The notes under the pieces: generated by a model
Database searches by the model: none
Told to the model about the DNA's origin: nothing
Seen by the model: the letters and a program-made list of their open reading frames with translations, nothing else
Translations under genes and position numbers: made by a program
Assembly (NCBI GenBank): GCA_003427395.1
Contig: BFEA01000022.1
Coordinates: 3,447,532-3,511,531, forward strand
DNA length: 64,000 nucleotides
DNA from: Chara braunii
Lineage: Eukaryota; Plantae; Charophyceae
Direction: 5' to 3'
Shown here: positions 1 to 13,746 of the stretch, one piece after another
How the letters are laid out: each line of letters opens with the position of its first letter
How positions within the stretch are numbered: the stretch's first letter is position 1

Positions 1-19
1 AGAAGCAACAACTTTTTTT

Positions 20-1670
20 TTGTGGCGTAAATGGGATATCAGGTTTAAGACTCTTGTTGAAGATGCATTTGTGAATAATAGTGATTACACATTAGAGCCA
101 GACGCAATGGTAGACGATGATGAGATCGTGATCACAAACGCTAAATCTGCAAAATTTTGGAAACGCGCACAACAGGTAATTAGAAACGAAAAAGGTTTAG
201 AGCAAAATGGTCAAAATCGTTACATTGTGCCGTTTACGTTGTACTCCGACAAAACATATGTAGATGGTCACATGAAAACGACATCATACCCTTTGATGTT
301 ATCACTCGCCGATAGACCGGATCGTGCAAAACTGCTAGCTTACTTCCCGATCTTACATCCGCTTCCTCACATTCATGGATGAACAAGTAAGGCGTCCGCG
401 TTCATTCGTCGCAAAAGGAGTCTTTTCCATGAAAGTCCCGCTATCATTCTCAAGGAAGCAAAAAAAATATCTCACGAAGGAATGCAAATGCATACCTCAA
501 GGTATGAAAATATTACGGTTCATCCAGTGTTGTTAAATTACATACAAGATCATCGTGAAAGGTGTCTTTTGACACTTGTAAAGAACGGACGCTGCCCAAC
601 GTGTATTGTGCCCACTGACAAACTTCATGAGCACATGGATTATAGTACTTTAGCGAGAACAGAGAATGTGGACCGCAGTATTTTGCACGACATTCATCAT
701 GAATCTGATGAATCAACACATCATGAAGCGTTAGGTTTCGCCAATGAATGCGGAATGCACTATAATATTCCTTTCAATGGCCTTTGGGGGTTTTATCAAG
801 GTTCTTCCAACAACGATTTGATGTTTGATTACCACTATGCGCAACAACCAGATCGAATGCACACCATAGATCATGGGATATTTGAATATATGATCGAAGG
901 TGTAAAAACGTTTTGCAATTCATTCGACCGGGCATCCGCAATGCAAGGTGAGTTAAATGCTCGTCTCAAGCAAATCAGCCTTAGAGTCCGTCGTTCGTTC
1001 CAAAAGTTAATGCTACCTGTCGCCACAGGAGCCGATTTCTTCACTCGCGAAGGGCGATTCGAAGAAAAACAATATTGAGCTGTCATGTCAGTTATATTGT
1101 TTATTGTTCATAATTTTGTGGACAGCGCTTAGGGACGCGACCTTGTCAAATGGTTTGATATGTTTCTAGAGTATTTGAGGAGTATGTTTCAAATGACGAA
1201 ACATACGACACAATCGCTTAACATGTGTGAAATCTTCTAAAAGAATTTATGGATTTCACAAATCTTCGATTCAGCCATTTACAAAAGTCAAATTGGAAGA
1301 TAAAGAAAATGCATGACATGAACAAGTTCAAAGCAACAGTGTTGTGGTCAGAATTGCCAAACACATTTGTTGCAGACATTTGGGAACATAACCACATCCG
1401 TCTTTGCAAAAATCCTTATCATGCTTCAAATCGCCGAAACCCTTTGCGGCAAATGGTGAAACACATTGTACGTGCAACAACACTAGAATAACACGTATCA
1501 AAAGTGAGGGTGAGACGTCGCAGAGAAGACGAAAATTGGTCGTCGGTATTAGAGACGGAGAGGACAGGACGAAATGTGTTATCTTCTACTGATATAGGGC
1601 GATTGCAATTGAGGTGGTTCAGAATAACTGATGAAATCATAAACGAACAAGTTGTATCATTTGACACTGA
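20..1670 (+). pseudogene. Plavaka-type (CMC-related) transposase, broken by stops and frameshifts
   Basis: Motifs IVPFTLYSDKT..YPLMLSL, PVLLNYIQDHRE..CPTCIVP, PDRMHTIDHGIF and WEHNHIRLCKNPYHASN across ORFs 20-382, 482-1078 and 1249-1491; recognised by eye. Confidence 0.72.
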
Positions 1671-3347
1671 AGCATCAAAGTTTTTGTTTCATCTTCTTGA
1701 AAGACAACGATTTCATCTATGTTTAATTCCTCGCTCTCCTCTTTTTGATGTTTTTCCACTTACCTTTTTTGTCTGCTCTTCCTTTGCTGGAATTTGGTTT
1801 CCTCGTTTCACATGTTTATTAGTTGGTGTCCCCTTCCACTTCCTCGAGGTTTTTTCTGTTCTTGATGAATCTCATTTATACTTATACCACGACGCGCTTC
1901 CCCCTTTCGTTGTTTTCCATTTTCGTTCTCGTCTTTGTCTTTGACCTTTTGGAAACGAATTCATTGTCTAGTCTTGTCCAACGTCTTATATCCTCTGTAT
2001 CGCCAGAGACTCGTTTACACACACCTGAAAACACACAAATAAAAAAGTTTCATCATTGAACAACTCAAAGAGAAAGAATATGACACAAATAGTCATATGG
2101 CATTTACGAATCTGTTTACAAAAAACACCTCATCTTCAAAATTCGCACGTTCTACATCATGCCGAAATGAAGGCCTCAAGAAATATGGAACCAGGTGTAC
2201 TGGTTCAATAATCGTATCGATGTCGATGACGCTGCAATGTTGCACACCTCGGATTCTCTCTCGTTGCACCAACTAACATGAAGTACAATTCGTGAAGTTC
2301 ATGACACATTTTGTATCAATGCACAAATGCACATGAATTCGTCATTGTTTCATTATGTCTACAGCATTGCAGGCTAAAAAGCATGGCCACAGATGCTAAC
2401 CACACTTCGCCATTTCCTGCTCTCACACTCACATCTGATCGCACGTCTCGACCATGAAAAACAGATGCCGCCCTTGCTACTTGAACATCACTTCCTCGAA
2501 TATATCCGTCGTAACAGCCGAGAAATTTGAAGATAACATCAACAGTTGAGGAGCAAATGTTATCAGAAGAAAAGGTAAAGCAAATTTATCATCGTCCTAT
2601 GTTGAGTTTATTTGTAGATGCTTGGAAATTATTGTCGCCGACACCGATCCCAAGTGCGTTCAGAGAGTCTATGCGTGAGATTATTGGGAGTGTGCCTGAG
2701 ATGTACGACACGAAGAGTAAAGACTCGACATATTTAGACGCTGTCGCTATGGATGGTGAGAATCAAGAAAGAGACGAGGGGAGAGGGACAAGAATCAAGT
2801 GTGTGCAGAAATCATGACAGGTGTTGCTCCTTTCGACACTACATGTGATGTCAGTAAGGACACAATGACATTTCAGAACGAAGGAGGAGGCAACATCAAT
2901 CACCATCCACAACGTTCAATCGGAAAGGTGAGGAAGTTGTCGAGCAACACCATTGATGAGATATCGGAGAAGGTGAAAGACGAAGTTAATGAGAATATGA
3001 ACGTGATGAGAACGGAGAACGACAAAGCAGTGAAGGCGAAAGTGAAGAAGGTGAACATGTTAAAGTTAAGTGGTGTAAATATCGTAAATGACGAGAAGGC
3101 GGTGCAAGAGGAGACAAGTGGACTCAGTGGAGATATGAACTTGAGATCATTGATAAATGTAATTTCACTCAGTGATGAAAGAGTTTCATTGCCGTCAAGT
3201 TGTGATGGGGACAAAAACTCGCAAATGATTTCACATTTTCATGAGGATGAACATTTCGGAGTTGAGAAGCGGATGCTACCACCTTTGTAGAGCACTGTTG
3301 CTAAGTATTTTCCTTTCAATTGACGTCCCTTCCATACAGAGCCTTTT

Positions 3348-4186
3348 GTGATCAGGATGGATGATGTTGAGTCACAGGGATCGGCAAGGTGGCTGACAAC
3401 AAATATCGTTGACGTTTATAATCAATATGTGTACGAGTCGGTCATGAAAAAAAACAACAATATGTCTCGCGTGGAGGTGACTTCCGTGTTGTGGTATAAC
3501 AAGATATACAACACTCACAAAGATGTTGATGTAAATTGTCCTCCCGGCGTCGAAGTTGTGAAGGACGTGTGTAGAAAGAGAAGGAAGGGAATGACATCGG
3601 TGTGGGATAGGGAAATCGTCATAGTGCCAATTTTGCATGCACATCATTATACAGTTCTCATATTTGTCGACGTTGATGTAGTGTTGAAGAACCCGGATCT
3701 TTCAAGGATGGACTCATGCGCGATGTTCCACATCGAATCAAAGAACAATTTCGGCATGCTAACGTTTGAACCATTATTGGTGCATCTGTTCTACGAACAC
3801 ATGGCAGTCATATTCGCACAAGACATTGGCATTACACCACAGCGTCTCACGTGGGCATGGGAACAATTCCTGGGTCAGGAGAGCATCATAGAAAGTGTCA
3901 GGTGTCAACAACAATGCAATAACAATGATTGCGGCGTCATGATGTGCAGAAATGTTGAGAGTTTGCTCGAGACCATTGCGGAGAGCACGAATATGTTATG
4001 AACGAAGGAGGAGGCAGAAGAAGCGTGCGCATATCTCAAAGACAGAAAACCTCATGAACATTGGATCATTATGATAAGGGCGGTGACATATATTTATATG
4101 AAGTTGCCGACATCGCATACGCTTGAAGAATTTGTAGCAATCTTCAGGAAACATATTACAAGACGACGAAAAACGAGGGCGAACTA
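3348..4186 (+). pseudogene. Ulp1/SENP-like (peptidase C48) SUMO protease carried by the transposon
   Basis: WLTTNIVDVY, IVIVPILHAHHYTVLI (catalytic His region), QQQCNNNDCGVMMC (oxyanion Gln and catalytic Cys); reading appears to continue past the stop at 4001. Confidence 0.8.
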
Positions 4187-4479
4187 AAAACGTGTTGAAG
4201 GAAGGTAGGAGAACATTTGTGCAACAGTTAAAACATAGAGCGTTATCAAAAAATTATGTGTTTTAAAAAATAAAAAAATACCGTAATGTATAAAATAGAG
4301 GGGTATTTTATTAAGTATGAAAAAAAAAAAAATAAAGTAATTGAAAATGACGTTATCAGTTGCAATGTTTGTTTTGTATAATAAATAATTCGAAAAGCAA
4401 AACATATATACTGTTTGACATGTCGAATATTTATTGACTTATGTAATATGTCTGTTTCGATTTTGCCTTTGGCATACAG

Positions 4480-6455
4480 AGCAAAACATTCTGGCTAGAA
4501 ACCGGAGGCAGCAAGGGAAGACCACTAGCATTCAAGATGCTGAGGGGAAAACGTATGGATAAACAAGACGACAACAAGCAAAGGTGTAGAGATCGATCAG
4601 AGGCATCACACCGTGTACGAGGTCATACCTTGCATGACGAGGGGCGACAACATGATATGAACGTTCAAAAATCTCGTCAAGGAGGAGAAACGCACATCGT
4701 CGATGACATGTCTGGAGAAAAACGGGGCAGTAGGTATCGTAAAGACGGTGAGGGAACACGAACTGCGCAAGGTGAATCATGTTACAGAAACATGATTGAC
4801 ATGCATCGAGAAGCTAGTAAGCGTAAATTCGACACGGATACGAAAGATCACACAATGAAAAACAATATTGTACGGGATAGAGAGGAATCCCTATTGCAAA
4901 CCCAAACAAGGAAGATTTTTCACGAAGATATGAGAAGTGGAAATGTCCTGCGTGCTCCTGCGAAACGGGGGATACGCGCATCGGACCGAAGGCACGAACC
5001 AGAGTATCGAGAAATGTCTTGCAGGTCAAAAAGACAAGGCGACGATGAGAGTGATGCAAGCGAAGATGGCGGGTCTCATAAGATTGCCGAGACGGATTGG
5101 CGGGAAAGACTTAAAGAAGACTCATATAACGAAGAACGAAATGGAAGCAGAAGATATCATGGAGATTCATCAGGGGAACGTCATGAAATGAAAAATGAGA
5201 AGGATTACCAATAATGCGAGGATGCGGAAATGGAGGACGAGTACGATGAGAGAAAACAAGAAAGTGGACCTGACTTCGACGAAGATGCAAAAGAAGACGA
5301 TCACTTGTCATCGAGGAGGCAACTTGAAAAGACAAGTGATAGAGTAGAAGAACAACAAATAGGTAAAAATTCATTTTCATTCATTCGAGTTGAAAATGGA
5401 GTGTTAAATAAATGAGTTTTATTATTTTTTTTTTTTTTGATCTTATAGTAATATTCGTATGTAGATGAAAATACGATCGACTAATTTAATTGGGGTTGTG
5501 GTGTGGGTTTTTCATATGTGCAGTCGAGGAGGTACACGTGTTTTCAACACAATGAAGGATTGTGCAAAGTTTGTTGGCAAAGAACTGCAAGATTTAGAAT
5601 CAGATATGAAGATAACAAAACGACTGCTTCGTTGTATGGCGAAGACCTTTTGTTCATTCCGCGCCGGAGACGCTGAAATGTACCATTCTTTAAATATTTT
5701 TGTTGATGTTTTTTTTTGAATTTGTTGGAACACTTCCTATCGAAGCTCGAGGCGCAGTTGATAGGGTATTGAAATGGAAAGGAATCAGGGCAATCTGTGG
5801 TATGGGTTCGAGAAAACTGACAAATATTAGGGGCGAGATTGCTTATGAAATCGTGCGAGGGTTTCAAAATGGTTTAGGACTTCCGTATCCGTGTGCCAGT
5901 TTAATAGACCACTTACAGAAAAAACGCGACGAGATGAGGAACAAAATGAGGGAAGACTCATCTTGGAGAGTCAAAGGTAATGAGCCGTGGGGAGCACAAC
6001 AATTCAAGAACGTCGTCGACGAGGTACTCTACCGGGACTACAAAGAACTGAATAGGAGAGGTTGCACGCTATAACAACTGGTTTTTGCTCATATGGTGCT
6101 TGATTGCCATATGAACAACAAGAGTCGTCCTGCACGCACTGCCCCAGCTATACAAGAGATAAGACGAATCGAGGAGGCCATCATCACAACACACAAGACG
6201 AAAGTCGGGAAAATTACCATTAATGTGATTCCTCTTGATAAACAGAAACAGGTCGTTGAGGCTGCAAGAAAGATTTGGGAAAGACAAGACTTTGTTGGGA
6301 AGAAGGGCAAAACTGAAGTGATGAAAATGAAAGACGATCACAAGTTCCTCAGCTTATTTGACGAGGACGAGCACGTTGATTGCAATGCGCATACAATGAA
6401 TGACGGTGGCAGTAGTGAAGATTCTCGGATACAGAGAGATGTTGTCGATTTGTAG
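4480..6455 (+). pseudogene. Spliced transposon accessory gene of unknown function (charged low-complexity exon plus a globular exon)
   Basis: Consecutive ORFs 4537-5214, 5230-5415, 5465-5719, 5700-6074 and 6093-6455; AT-rich intron-like gaps with CAG| near 4480, |GTAAAA near 5362 and TAG| at 5464. Confidence 0.35.
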
Positions 6456-6857
6456 TCACAAAAAGGAAAGGATCCTCTCTAGAAGGATGATAAACGTGTA
6501 GATGCACGTCGTGAAAGAGATAGACGTATTTAAAGTACTATATAGCAGAATCACGACACATGACAATTTTTTATTTATAATCAGTGTATGTGTATATATG
6601 TGTCACAGACAGACGAAGAGAGAAGCGGACAAAGGGAGCGAGAGGGAGCATCTGTAAAAAGCAGATGGAGGGAATGAAGGTGTAAGCAAGTAACCAAGGG
6701 AGCGCGCGCGTTGCGCGCACGAGAGAGAGAGAGGGACGGAGAGAGAGAAACAAAGGGTTCGTCGAAAAGGTGGTTGCACTCTCTTCGAACTTCAAACGCC
6801 ACAAGGAAGCGAGTGTGACCACTTGTTCGACGTGATTTAAGATGGTGCGTGCGTTCC

Positions 6858-6859
<2 letters not shown>

Positions 6860-6919
<60 letters not shown>

Positions 6920-7226
6920 TGTATGTGTGTGTGCGTGTATGTGTGTGTGTGTGTGTGAGAGAGAGAGAGTGAGAGAGAGAGAGAGTATGATCATCTATTC
7001 CACCGCGATTTAGGATTGACACATGCGTCCTCATAGGTGTGTGTATGTATGTGTGTATGTGTGTGTGTGTGTGTGTGTGTATGTAAATGTGTGTGTATCT
7101 GTGTGTATCTGTGTGAGAGAGACAGAGAGAGAGAGAGAACGATCCCTTGTTCCACCACGATTTACGATCGCCACATGCGTCCTCATGTGTGTGTGTGTGA
7201 GTGTGTGTGCGTGTGCATGTGTTTCG
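6860..7226. repeat. Compound (GT)n/(GA)n microsatellite with an internally duplicated spacer
   Basis: Directly visible; the spacer ..TTCCACC..GATTTA..CACATGCGTCCTCAT occurs twice. Confidence 0.95.
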
Positions 7227-7228
7227 TT

Positions 7229-7663
7229 TCAAGACGCATCATCAGACAAACCTTCCAACCACTTCTTAAATGTGCGACAATTCGTATACTTTAGTTGACT
7301 GCCATTAAAACGAGTGTGACAAATGACAAATAATAAAGCATCTATATCTTCATCAGATAAGCTGACGCCCCCTCTCGCAGAGCACAACACAGCTGTCAGT
7401 TGATGCTCTGAAGAAAACTCGTCACCAGGGTCATCTTCCTCAACATCCATGATTGCATTATCTTCAATATCGTTGTCACATTCATGTTCGCAATCATTTA
7501 TTTCGTTGTTTTCAACTTCATTTTCCGAAACGCGAAGACCCATTTCTCGTTCGTGGACCTCGTTTTCATTTTGCACAGTTTCGCCCACACACCCCCTCGA
7601 CCTGTGAGACTCCATTGTCCTTCTGCATCTAAACCTCCATCCACAATCGAAACATGACTTCAT
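7229..7663 (-). pseudogene. Probable N-terminus of a second transposase copy (C2HC zinc finger plus acidic tract), truncated at the microsatellite
   Basis: CFDCGWRFRCRRTMESHRSRGC followed by an acidic tract and LSDEDIDALLFVICH; points inward from the 8210 end. Confidence 0.45.
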
Positions 7664-8210
7664 ATCGTGTCCACTCGACCTCCAATGTAATGCACGGTAA
7701 TGGGAAATATATAACGATAATAATCTCTGTTATGAGTGTTGTCTGTGAAACATACAATCAATCAGGTCGTATAAAATTAGTGCTCTCCGTGAATATGAAG
7801 AAAAATGAGTCGAATTTGTACTTTTATTTATTTTACCCGCATTTATTTCAATGACAATTCTCATTGTTACTAACAAAAAAATGAAAAATATTTTAATTTC
7901 AAATAACATAAATATTAAGACAACACGTTCATAAAAATATTACTTATTATGGACTATACACAGAGTTCACCCAACAACATTATAAGAGTAAAAAATATGT
8001 CATAAACACTTCACTCAGGATACAAATATACGTCACTTATTATGGACTACAACGACAGTTCACCAAACGTCATCACAATAGTCAAATGATAAAAAATAAA
8101 CACTTCACTCTGAAAGAAAGCATTGTTCGATGACATCACCTAAAACTATACAAAAAAAAACATATTCGAAATACAATTTTCAGGCTTCCTTTTTCAAAGT
8201 CCAACCATTG

Positions 8211-8866
8211 TCAAGAGGTGCAGAAGTTGTTATCGGGATACGACGTGGTAGCCAATTATACCACGGCAGCACATCCCCAAGCAAATGCTCCAGTTGAGAA
8301 GAGGCATAACACCATCACGAATCTTCTGGCTAAGTGGACTGAAAGTAGGCCTAATCAGTGGCCAAGGTACTTGAGGACGATATTTTTTGTCGAGAACATT
8401 ATGGTGAAGAAAACCACTAAGTACGCGTCAGCCACGCTATGATACGGAAGGCATGCTACTTTCCCTATTGAGAGTTTCCTGAAAACTTGGAGGCGTCAGG
8501 ACCTGGAGACCAACCTATCCTTTGATGAACTGCTTGACATTTGGGCGCGGCAGGTGGGTGCGATGGAGGAAAGAATACAAGGGGCATCCAATCAGGTGGA
8601 GAAGAGCCGCATGGATGACAAGGCTCGTTGGGAGCAGTTGGCCCGCGTACGAAAGGCACCATTGAAAGTCGGAGATGTCGTACTGCTATATGACTCGTCC
8701 TTGGAGAAGCAGTGGTCTCGACAAAAGGTGGTTAAGACCCTACCGGATTGTGCGGTGCGGGGATTTCGGCGCCTATGAAATTGAGGAGTTTGATGGAACA
8801 GGGTGGAAGGATTGGGTGTCAGGAACGAGGCTAAAGAAGTTTGTGGCAAGAGAGGAGGTGAGATAA
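8211..8866 (+). pseudogene. Ty3/Gypsy integrase, C-terminal half with GPY/F-type module
   Basis: YTTAAHPQANAPVEKRHNTI (catalytic E), QWPRYL, LKVGDVVLL, KRWLRPYRI..GAYEIEEFDG..RLKKF. Confidence 0.85.
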
Positions 8867-9062
8867 GCGATCTAACCCCTTTATAGTAAAACCTTATGAA
8901 TGCAGAAAAGATGTGTAGTTAGGTCCTAGAAAGGCGTGGAAAGGTGAAATGTATGAACAGGATGTGTGCTTACCTTTTGATCTGAGTGGACCCTGCCTGC
9001 CGGTTTGCTTATCCTTGTGGTGTGCCTATTGTCTCCTTCGCCTGTTGTGCAGGTCTGACTTT

Positions 9063-11659
9063 ATGAAGACAACCATGCCGAGAGGAGGGAGGGGGACACG
9101 GCCACCACGGAGGCCATTGGGAGCATCAGGGGATTACGAGCGGCATGAGTCTCACCAGAGGGAGCACACACCCGTGTATGACGACGGGGATATAGAGCTC
9201 TTCCTGGACGATTTCCGAGGATATGCGGAGCACATGGGGTGGACAGTGGCACAAAGGATAGAGAGGTTAAGGGGAGTTGGCAGGTTTGAGGAGCCCATCG
9301 TACAGATTCGCATAAAGGCGAGAACTTGGCCAGAGGTGGAGTTGAGGATGCAGGAGCTGAGGCCCTCACCCATGGGACAAGACGGCGTGCCGATCCGCCT
9401 AGAGATCGGAAATGTGGAGGAGTTCATCCCTGTTTTTGAGCAATGCTCGAGCATAATATATTGAGGGATGAGTGGGCGCGGACACTACCTCTATGGACCA
9501 GGAAGGCAGAGAGACCTTTGGCCCGTAAGATCAGGGATATGGCTCGAGATTGGGAGAGTTGCAGGGCACACCTGAAGGAGGCCTTTCGATGACCAGAGCC
9601 ACCTCAGCCTAGGGTTGAGAGGCGACAGAGGAGCAAGAGGCAGAGGGGCCCTGTGGCCAGAGAGGTCATCCCATCTCGAGGAGGACGGAAGGCACTTGCC
9701 AGGCAGGAGGAGGAGTTAGTACCAGAGACAGAGGAGCAGAGAGCATATCCTGAGTGCGAACTTAGCCCGGTGGTTTTTCATCGTTTTACTGGAGGGGGAT
9801 TGAGAGGATCCCCTCAGCGCACGCGGGGGGAGATGCGGCATCCGGGGCACCATTGCAGGAGCCGGAGGCGCACCTGGACATATCACGATGGAGGGTGCCT
9901 CAGACTTACGAGAGGCGTGATGAGACGGTTGGAGGTGTACCACGAGAGGAGGTCCCTGAACTAGGGCGAGAGGTGGAACGGGGTGCTCAGGGAGGGAGAG
10001 TGATGGAGGAAGTGATAGAGGTTGGAGAGGATACTCCACCTCGGACGCCAGCTCCAGAAACCGGACCTGAGATAATGCCAGATGTCGCTCAAGAGGCAAG
10101 GGAGGAGCTTCAGCAGGGAGAGATTTCACCACCTCCCCCATATACGACTCTTTCGCTAGGGGTGAGGATAGAGATGGAGCGAGAGAGGACTGGCTGGAGG
10201 AGAGAGGTTCTTTCTACGATCGATACGTATCTGCTCGCACATGCCCAGGAGCACCCTGACATTGAGAGGCCTATGGAGCCGCCACGGGAGCCTCACCAGG
10301 CAGAGAGAGAGGCGTGGGCCGAGATTCCAGAGAAAGACGACCATTGCACCAGAGGGAGAGCAACGGCAAGAGAGACAGCGGAGGAAAGACGGGCCAGGGT
10401 AGGGAAGCGCGTGGAGGAAATTTGGGAGGAGGGGCAGAGGCTAGAGGCGGCAGGGGCACTCCCAGATCAGCCACCTGACGCGCCCCCTAAACCCTGTGGA
10501 GTCAAGGAGATGTGGGATGAGTTTTGGGGCCTGTATGGCGAGAGATTGGCAGCTCCAGAGAGAGCAGGATTCGAGACGACAAGGTCAGCGGGAGGGTACC
10601 TAGACCGTAAGATCCGTTTTCTGGCCAAGACTTTTTTCAATAAGTATCTAATATTGGAAGATGAGCCGGTAAGAAAACAAAGGAAGTAAGTCATGAGGTA
10701 AGATTGGAGGCAGTTGAGGCAGAGGTTCGAGAGCTCAGGGCATTGACAGCCAGCCAGGCTGCCACCATCCAGGAGATGAGACGACGACTTCAGGATATGG
10801 CAGCTAGGGGGGACCGGGAGGCGCAACTAGAGTGGTGGACTGGACCGAGAGTCGTCGCTATGGTATCCAGGATGAAGCGGCGTAGGGTCTATCTGGACAG
10901 CCGTCTATGGCAGGACCCTCTCAGGAGCCATCTATTGGGAAGGCCATCCTGGAGCCGGAGGAAGCAAAGGCAAAGAGGGAGGCACAAAAGGAGGCCTTTG
11001 AGTTTAGGGCCCCTACTGAGTTTGCCGCCCAGTCTATGACTTCTTTTGGGTCTGCGACGGAGTCCTGGACACCACGAGCCGGAGACAGACCACGGACAGC
11101 TATCAATGAGCCTGCACTTGGATCTGATGAGGGTTCCATGGATGTGCTCCTTGAGGCAGTCAACACTTTGCAGGAGGAGGCGAGTCTGTTTATGCCTAAG
11201 CAGAGGGTGGAGGAGCCTCATGAGGGCGAGACGATGGTTGCGATGGAGGGTGTCTGCAAGGGTAGACCCCGGAGGTTAGACACTCCTGAGTACAGGCCCG
11301 AGGGAACTGGGATGCGGACGGAGCCGATTACTCAGGGATTGGAAGTGAGACTGGAGGAGCCTATGGACATGCCCCAGAGCTATGAGATGACCAGAGAGGC
11401 CAGCGAGACACCTTCGTCACCGGGGTCTCAGAGAAAGAAGAAGAGGTCCAGAAAGTCGTATGACGCGACCTGTTTTTTCTGCAAGAAGGAGGAGCATCAG
11501 GCCCTGCAGTATCCGAAGTTCCTCAAAGATAAGGCAGCAGGAAAGGTCACAGAGGAAGGTGGAAGGATGTACGATAGGCAGGGTCGAGTGGTAGAGCGAA
11601 ATGTTGACGGGGGTAGAGATCAGTTGTACAGGCAGAACCAGGAGGAGATGAGTGAGTAA
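9063..11659 (+). pseudogene. Gag-like ORF downstream of integrase (capsid-like N-terminus, coiled coil, degenerate CCHC knuckle)
   Basis: PVYDDGDIELFLDDFRGYAEHMGW; knuckle CFFCKKEEHQALQY; pieces 8949-9464, 9653-9964, 9853-10689, 10704-11039 and 10907-11659. Confidence 0.65.
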
Positions 11660-13307
11660 GGACTGGTTCGCCTATGTATGGTTAGCCACTATGACATGGC
11701 GAGATTGAGTGGAGTGTGCATTCTGGGTCAGATATTAGTTTTATCTTAATTTTTGTTTTTGTCTTGTTAGAAGCTCGGGTACCTACGCTGTTAGTTGTAC
11801 ATACAGGGGAATACAGCGTATGGTTGTCATTGAGGTTCTTCTTAGTAACATGAGGGTCAAGATTCAATAAGATCCCATGTGTATGTTGAGGTTACTCTTT
11901 CTTTGACTCATTGAGAGGAGGATTCAGTTCCTCTTTCATGACGTTTTTGATAGTACAGTCAGTCATGTATCATATTTATGAGGGTTTTGTTTGTTCCGAG
12001 TGAGTCGCGGATCTGGACTCTGACTTGTGTGTTTGGTTGAGATATTTCATCCCTGAGCGTGCTTTGAGTTGAGATCTATCAGAGATTATTTCATTGTATA
12101 TGACGATCACAATCACTCTCACATGTGTGGTTTTATCCTGATGTATAATGACTTTGTGTGAAAGATGTATGAGAAACATCTCGTGCGCCGTGTATTTCGT
12201 GAATGTGAATGATTGTGAATTGTCTACTCTTCGGTATACTCATGCGATCTACCCACGGGCGGGTGATAGGATCGGGTATAAGGAGAGGGAGTGCAGTCTG
12301 TTTTTGTGAAAAGTACGAGAATCATCAAGGATTTATGAGTCCTTGAGACTTGAATGCTTACCATGTCGAATGTTTATTATTAAGTTGCGATGAGGTTTTA
12401 GTTGTTTTATTGTTGAGACACCTTCGAGTGAGAAGGCAGTCTTTTGTTTATCTGGAAACTCATCTTCAGAGAAGGAAGATGTTTTATGGCAGGGTCGTGT
12501 GAGAGTTCATCCTAGAAAAAGAAGGGATGACTGAGAAACCTATTGAGTGAGACCTCCTTCATATGAAAGGTGGCTAATAGATTTAATGGCATGGAAGACT
12601 GATTTTGAATGATAAAGACTGACGAGAAGGACCATGTTTTTGTTTGGCCATTGGTGAAATTTTGGAGGTCGCAAGAATGATTTATCTGGAAGATGTCATT
12701 GAGATGTAACTTTATTGCTCTGAATCCTCTGATCAAGTAGGGAGGTCACGGCCTTACGAATATGGCGGTGATTCTGTTTTGTAAAAGTGGAGAGACTGTC
12801 GTGCTCTCTATGTTGTTCCACAGAGGGTTGGTAAATGCCTTTTATGTGTGACAGACCTTTGCGTAGTCCCGCAGTAGGCCTATATTGTTGCAACATACCG
12901 TCCAACCGCTTGTGCTAATCTTAGGGCATTTATGAAAATACCAAGCTAACGGTAAAGTTTAGCATCACTAGGGCGCAACCCCTAGTGTTGGCTGCTGATC
13001 GGCGTAACCTGAATAACGGGCCTGCGTATTGCTGAAGGAGTAAAGACTTAAAAGGTGTGACCACCTAGGAGGGTTTTACTCATGTGGAACAACGTGGGAT
13101 ACAAGTCGAGTCAACGGAGTGGTTTTTTGAGTCCTGATTGAATGCTTATCATGAGAAAGCCTATCGTGGCGCAACCTGTGGGGACACTACCGCTAAAATA
13201 ACAACGCGGTGGGCCGTAGATCTTGCATGATCACTCAGACTATGGTCGGTCAAGATGGAGACCTGACCTACGTGTACTAGACTGCAGGAAGAGTCTAAGA
13301 TAAGATT

Positions 13308-13338
<31 letters not shown>

Positions 13339-13746
13339 GTTTGATTGAGAGAATTATTGGAGGGAGGCAATAATGCCTTCGAAGGTCTCGGTTAGGGTCC
13401 ATGTCCCTAGTTATGACCCTACTAGCAAGGTAGAGACTAGAGACACTTAACGAGAAGTCGGCGTTTATCTAGGACAAAGGGGAAGAGGCCAGTAAGAAGG
13501 CCGTTGGAACTTATGTTGTAGTACAGTGTCAGTATCCCGACGAACTAATGTCAGGACAATGGAGACCCAGGTTAAAATCTTGGCAACATACAGTTGTGTC
13601 GACATGATTTGATGGAGGTCTCGAACCAGGGTATGTCGGCTAATCGGATTGGTTTCTTTATCGTTAACATTTTTTATTATGGATGGACTTATAGCTTTTT
13701 TATTCTGCGAAGCGACAGGGACGTTACTTACTATGGTCCGGTAAGC

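Larger units (their letters stand above)
1..8210. mobile_element. Plavaka/CMC-like DNA transposon cluster (decayed, probably parts of more than one copy); right edge abuts a Gypsy integrase
   Basis: Transposase and Ulp1 remnants; AT-rich subterminal region with a duplicated unit (about 7940-8020 and 8035-8110); abrupt junction at ...CCAACCATTG|TCAAGAG where integrase sequence starts mid-domain. Confidence 0.6.

Noticed and set aside
6571-7298. HT/VC-repeat ORFs
   Set aside because: Translations of (GT)n/(GA)n microsatellites
13355-13380. PPT and LTR start of the first Gypsy element (GGAGGGAGGCAA-TAATG)
   Set aside because: Plausible, but there is no TG start and no matching LTR end or partner in the window
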